64,000 nucleotides of DNA from Bifidobacterium breve (GTDB taxonomy: Bacteria; Actinomycetota; Acidimicrobiia; Acidimicrobiales; Ilumatobacteraceae). The position numbers were made by a program, and so were the translations under genes. The stretch is taken from the NCBI GenBank assembly GCA_945862545.1, contig CAMAYS010000001.1, positions 34,394 through 98,393 on the forward strand, given 5' to 3'. The notes under the pieces were generated by a model, which did no database searches, had not been told where the DNA came from, and saw only the letters and a list, made by a program, of their open reading frames with translations. Position 1 is the first letter of the stretch. Each line of letters starts with the position of its first letter. This document shows, piece by piece, positions 61,453 to 64,000 of this stretch.

Positions 61453-62310
61453 ATGAACGGACGTTTGGCAGGAAAAGTTGCATTTATTACTGGGGCTGCA
61501 CGCGGCCAAGGTAAGAGTCACTGCATTCGATTAGCTCAAGAGGGTGCAGCAATCATTGCTGTGGACCTCTGCGAGGACATGGATTCGGTCAATTATCCAC
61601 TTGGCTCTCCCGCTGATCTAGCTGACACTGTGGCACAAGTGAAAGCAATCGGCGGTCGCATTATTGCTTCAAAGGCTGATGTGCGAGAGCGTTATCAACT
61701 TCTTGCGGCTGTCGAAGAAGGAGTTAAGGAATTTGGTGGACTGGACATTGTCTGTGCCAATGCCGGAATTCTGCCGATTAAGAATCAAGACCCGATGTCT
61801 TTTGTTGATGCTCTTGACGTTGACCTCGGGGGAGTTCTTAATACCGTGGCCGTAACCCTTCCTCACCTCGGCGCAGGCGCATCAATCGTTCTCACGGGAT
61901 CGACAGCGGGTCTCATGCCAAACTCAGTCAGTAATCCGGCGCTTGGTCCAGGCGGCGTGGGCTACGGCATGTCAAAGAAGTTCATCGTAGAATATTGTGA
62001 GATCTTGGCCGTTATGGTTGCACCGCGAATGATCCGCGTCAACGCGATACATCCAACAAACTGCAACACCAACCTGTTGCATAACGATGATCTATATCGT
62101 ATCTTCCGTCCTGATATAGAAAAGCCAAGTCGTGATGATGTGATGCCCGCTTTTAATCACTTTCAGGCACTGCCGATCCCATACGTTGAGCCCGTCGATA
62201 TTTCGAATGCCGTTCTTTGGCTTTGCTCCGATGAAGCTCGCTATGTGACTGGTGTCAACCTCCGTGTTGACGCTGGTTCTTTTATTAAATGGCCAAATGG
62301 CCCTCAGTGA
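61453..62310 (+). CDS. mycofactocin-coupled-type SDR (carveol-dehydrogenase-like nicotinoprotein subfamily)
   Basis: 285-aa ORF. Hallmark N-terminus GKVAFITGAARGQGKSHCIRLAQEGAAIIAVDLCEDM... and C-terminus IRVNAIHPTNCNTNLLHND...PIPYVEPVDISNAVLWLCSDEARYVTGVNLRVDAGS closely resemble mycobacterial members of this subfamily as I remember them. Confidence 0.75.
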   Translation: MNGRLAGKVAFITGAARGQGKSHCIRLAQEGAAIIAVDLCEDMDSVNYPLGSPADLADTVAQVKAIGGRIIASKADVRERYQLLAAVEEGVKEFGGLDIVCANAGILPIKNQDPMSFVDALDVDLGGVLNTVAVTLPHLGAGASIVLTGSTAGLMPNSVSNPALGPGGVGYGMSKKFIVEYCEILAVMVAPRMIRVNAIHPTNCNTNLLHNDDLYRIFRPDIEKPSRDDVMPAFNHFQALPIPYVEPVDISNAVLWLCSDEARYVTGVNLRVDAGSFIKWPNGPQ

Positions 62311-62323
62311 TGGGTTCTCAATC

Positions 62324-63796
62324 ATGACTTCTTTGAACTTCACACCTGAACATCGGATGCTGATTGACGGTAAGTTAGTTGACGCCGACAACGGCAAGAC
62401 CTTTAATAATATCAATCCGGCAACCGAGGAAGTATTAGGTCAAGTTGCTGACGCATCAGCTGCTGAAATGGGTCGAGCAATCGGGGCCGCACGTCGCGCC
62501 TTTGATGAGACAGATTGGTCAACAAACAAGGAGTTACGTAAGCGTTGCCTGCAACAATTGCACGAGGCAATTGTTGCAGAAAAAGAAGAAATGCGCGAGG
62601 AGATCATTGCCGAGGTCGGATCACCGCGAGCGCTCACCTATATGGCCCAAGTTGAAGGCCCGCTTGCCGATGCATTGTTATGGCCAGCTGAAATGATTGA
62701 CAAGTTCGCTTGGGAGCGTAATCTTCCCAATAGCGATGCATTTGGAATGAAGTCCAAGCGAGCCGTCTTTAAAGAGCCACTTGGAGTCATCGGTGCAATC
62801 ACACCTTGGAATTATCCCTTTGAAGTGACAATCAATAAAATCGGTCAGATTCTTGCCACGGGAAATACCATGGTGCTCAAGCCGGCGCCCGATACTCCTT
62901 GGAATGCCACACGACTCGGTCGGTTAATGTTGGAAAAGACGGATATTCCACACGGCGTGGTGAACGTTGTGACATCTAGTGATCACCTAGTGGGTGAGGA
63001 ACTCACATTGTCGCCTCTCGTTGACATGATTTCCTTTACTGGTTCCACCGTCATTGGTAAACGGATCATGGAAAAGGGAGCGGCGACATTGAAGCGCGTA
63101 TTCCTTGAGCTTGGTGGAAAGTCAGCGATGATCGTGCTTGATGACGCCGACTTTGAATCTGTAGTTCCTGCAGGAGCGGCCGTGTGCGCGCACGCTGGTC
63201 AAGGTTGTGCGATGCAGACGCGGATGCTATTGCCCCGGGCGCGCTATGAAGAAGGTATTGAGTTAATCAAAGCTGGTATGAGCATGATGCCATACGGCGA
63301 CCCCAACGACATGAGTAACTTCATGGGTCCGCTTATCAGCGAGAGGCAACGTACTCGAGTTCTCAGTTACATTGAGACTGGTCAGAAAGAAGGAGCAAAA
63401 CTCATTCTCGGTGGCGGTCGCCCAGCGCATCTCCCGAAAGGTTGGTATGTCGAACCAACCTTATTTATCGACGTTGATAACGCAATGACCATTGCTCAAG
63501 AAGAGATCTTTGGACCAGTACTTGCGGTTATGCCTTATGACGACGATGACCATGCCATTCGCATCGCCAATGACAGCACGTACGGACTAGCCGGAGGAGT
63601 CTTTGGTAGTCATGATCGTGCTACCGCAGTGGCACGACGCATTCGAACTGGAGCGATCGGGGTCAATGGCGGTGTTTGGTACGGAGCGGATTCCCCCTAT
63701 GGTGGCTACAAGACGAGTGGTATTGGACGCCAGAACGGAATTGAAGGTTTCGAGCAGCACTTGGAGACCAAAGCCATCGCTTGGTCATTGGCTTAA
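62324..63796 (+). CDS. NAD(P)+-dependent aldehyde dehydrogenase
   Basis: ORF track 62252..63796. ATG 62324 avoids overlap with the SDR (MTSLNFTPEHRMLIDGKLVD...). FTGSTVIGKRI, ELGGKSA, GQGCAMQTR (catalytic Cys). Confidence 0.9.
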   Translation: MTSLNFTPEHRMLIDGKLVDADNGKTFNNINPATEEVLGQVADASAAEMGRAIGAARRAFDETDWSTNKELRKRCLQQLHEAIVAEKEEMREEIIAEVGSPRALTYMAQVEGPLADALLWPAEMIDKFAWERNLPNSDAFGMKSKRAVFKEPLGVIGAITPWNYPFEVTINKIGQILATGNTMVLKPAPDTPWNATRLGRLMLEKTDIPHGVVNVVTSSDHLVGEELTLSPLVDMISFTGSTVIGKRIMEKGAATLKRVFLELGGKSAMIVLDDADFESVVPAGAAVCAHAGQGCAMQTRMLLPRARYEEGIELIKAGMSMMPYGDPNDMSNFMGPLISERQRTRVLSYIETGQKEGAKLILGGGRPAHLPKGWYVEPTLFIDVDNAMTIAQEEIFGPVLAVMPYDDDDHAIRIANDSTYGLAGGVFGSHDRATAVARRIRTGAIGVNGGVWYGADSPYGGYKTSGIGRQNGIEGFEQHLETKAIAWSLA

Positions 63797-63803
63797 GAAC
63801 AAT

Positions 63804-64000
63804 ATGGCCTCGGCCATTGACCTATCGGGGCGCTGTGCCCTCGTTACTGGAGCCGGTCAAGGTATCGGGGAAACAATTTCTGCGATGTTGTCGGCGGCCG
63901 GGGCCTCGGTTTTGGTGAATGACATTGATCATCAACGCGCTGCGATGGTGGTCGACAGGTTGCGACATTCTGGTGGCGTCGCAGAGATGGCCATTTTTGA
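63804..64000 (+). CDS. SDR family oxidoreductase, N-terminal fragment (continues beyond window end)
   Basis: Open frame from ATG 63804 to the window end: MASAIDLSGRCALVTGAGQGIGETISAML... (TGxxxGIG motif). Not in the ORF track because it runs off the edge. Confidence 0.7.
   Translation, partial: MASAIDLSGRCALVTGAGQGIGETISAMLSAAGASVLVNDIDHQRAAMVVDRLRHSGGVAEMAIF

Noticed and set aside
1-64000. Calling the locus a cholesterol/steroid (KstR-regulon) cluster
   Set aside because: Several families overlap with steroid catabolism. However, I found no KstR-like (TnnAACnnGTTnnA) or KstR2-like boxes in the intergenic regions I read, and no KstD, Hsa, Ipd or Mce components, so the label would be over-interpretation.
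1-64000. Mobile element, genomic island, prophage or defence system
   Set aside because: No integrase, transposase, recombinase, tRNA attachment site, terminal inverted repeats, nuclease/helicase/methylase genes or phage-like genes were recognisable. Gene density and codon style look uniform.

Overview
Gene-dense window (about 58 CDS, roughly 93-95% coding) with no rRNA, tRNA, CRISPR array, transposase or integrase that I could see. It is one very large acyl-CoA-centred catabolic supercluster. The style is actinobacterial: F420-type luciferase-like (LLM) oxidoreductases, a mycofactocin-type SDR, many GTG/TTG starts, ATGA/GTGA coupled genes and very short divergent intergenic regions. GC looks moderate (about 50-55% by eye, not computed). 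Contents: 4 AMP-forming acyl-CoA ligases (one fused to a HAD phosphatase-like domain); 6 acyl-CoA dehydrogenase (ACAD) genes (one a fused alpha-beta double ACAD, one an unfused alpha/beta pair); 6 crotonases; 8 SDRs; 4 thiolase-fold proteins (one classical FadA-type, one SCP-x type, one without the nucleophilic Cys, one degenerate HMG-CoA-synthase-like domain fused to DUF35); a free DUF35 protein; a tandem-fused family III CoA-transferase; an acetyl-CoA hydrolase/transferase-family protein; 4 amidohydrolase_2 proteins; 3 LLM oxidoreductases; a PNPOx-like protein; a KshA-like Rieske oxygenase with no reductase partner in the window; a two-module VOC protein; 2 alpha/beta hydrolases; 2 APH-like kinases; an aldo-keto reductase; a quinone oxidoreductase; an aldehyde dehydrogenase; a TesB-like thioesterase; an NTF2/SnoaL-like protein; 3 regulators (1 GntR/FadR, 2 TetR); and a LivK/LivHMG/LivF-type ABC importer. 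The most interesting signal is regulatory. A 14-bp dyad, TGAC-N6-GTCA (mostly TGACA-N4-TGTCA), recurs in at least 12 promoter regions, including just upstream of one TetR gene. A second dyad, AAATAGGTYANTATTT, occurs in three AT-rich promoter regions. Neither matches the KstR/KstR2 steroid operators as I remember them. Other points of interest are several unusual fusions and pseudo-enzymes (HMGCS-like::DUF35 next to an SCP-x thiolase, HAD::ligase, double CaiB, double ACAD, LivH-LivM-LivG), a translationally coupled LLM plus lactonase-like amidohydrolase pair, and APH-like kinases embedded among ACADs. All product calls come from motif reading by eye. No database search was run.
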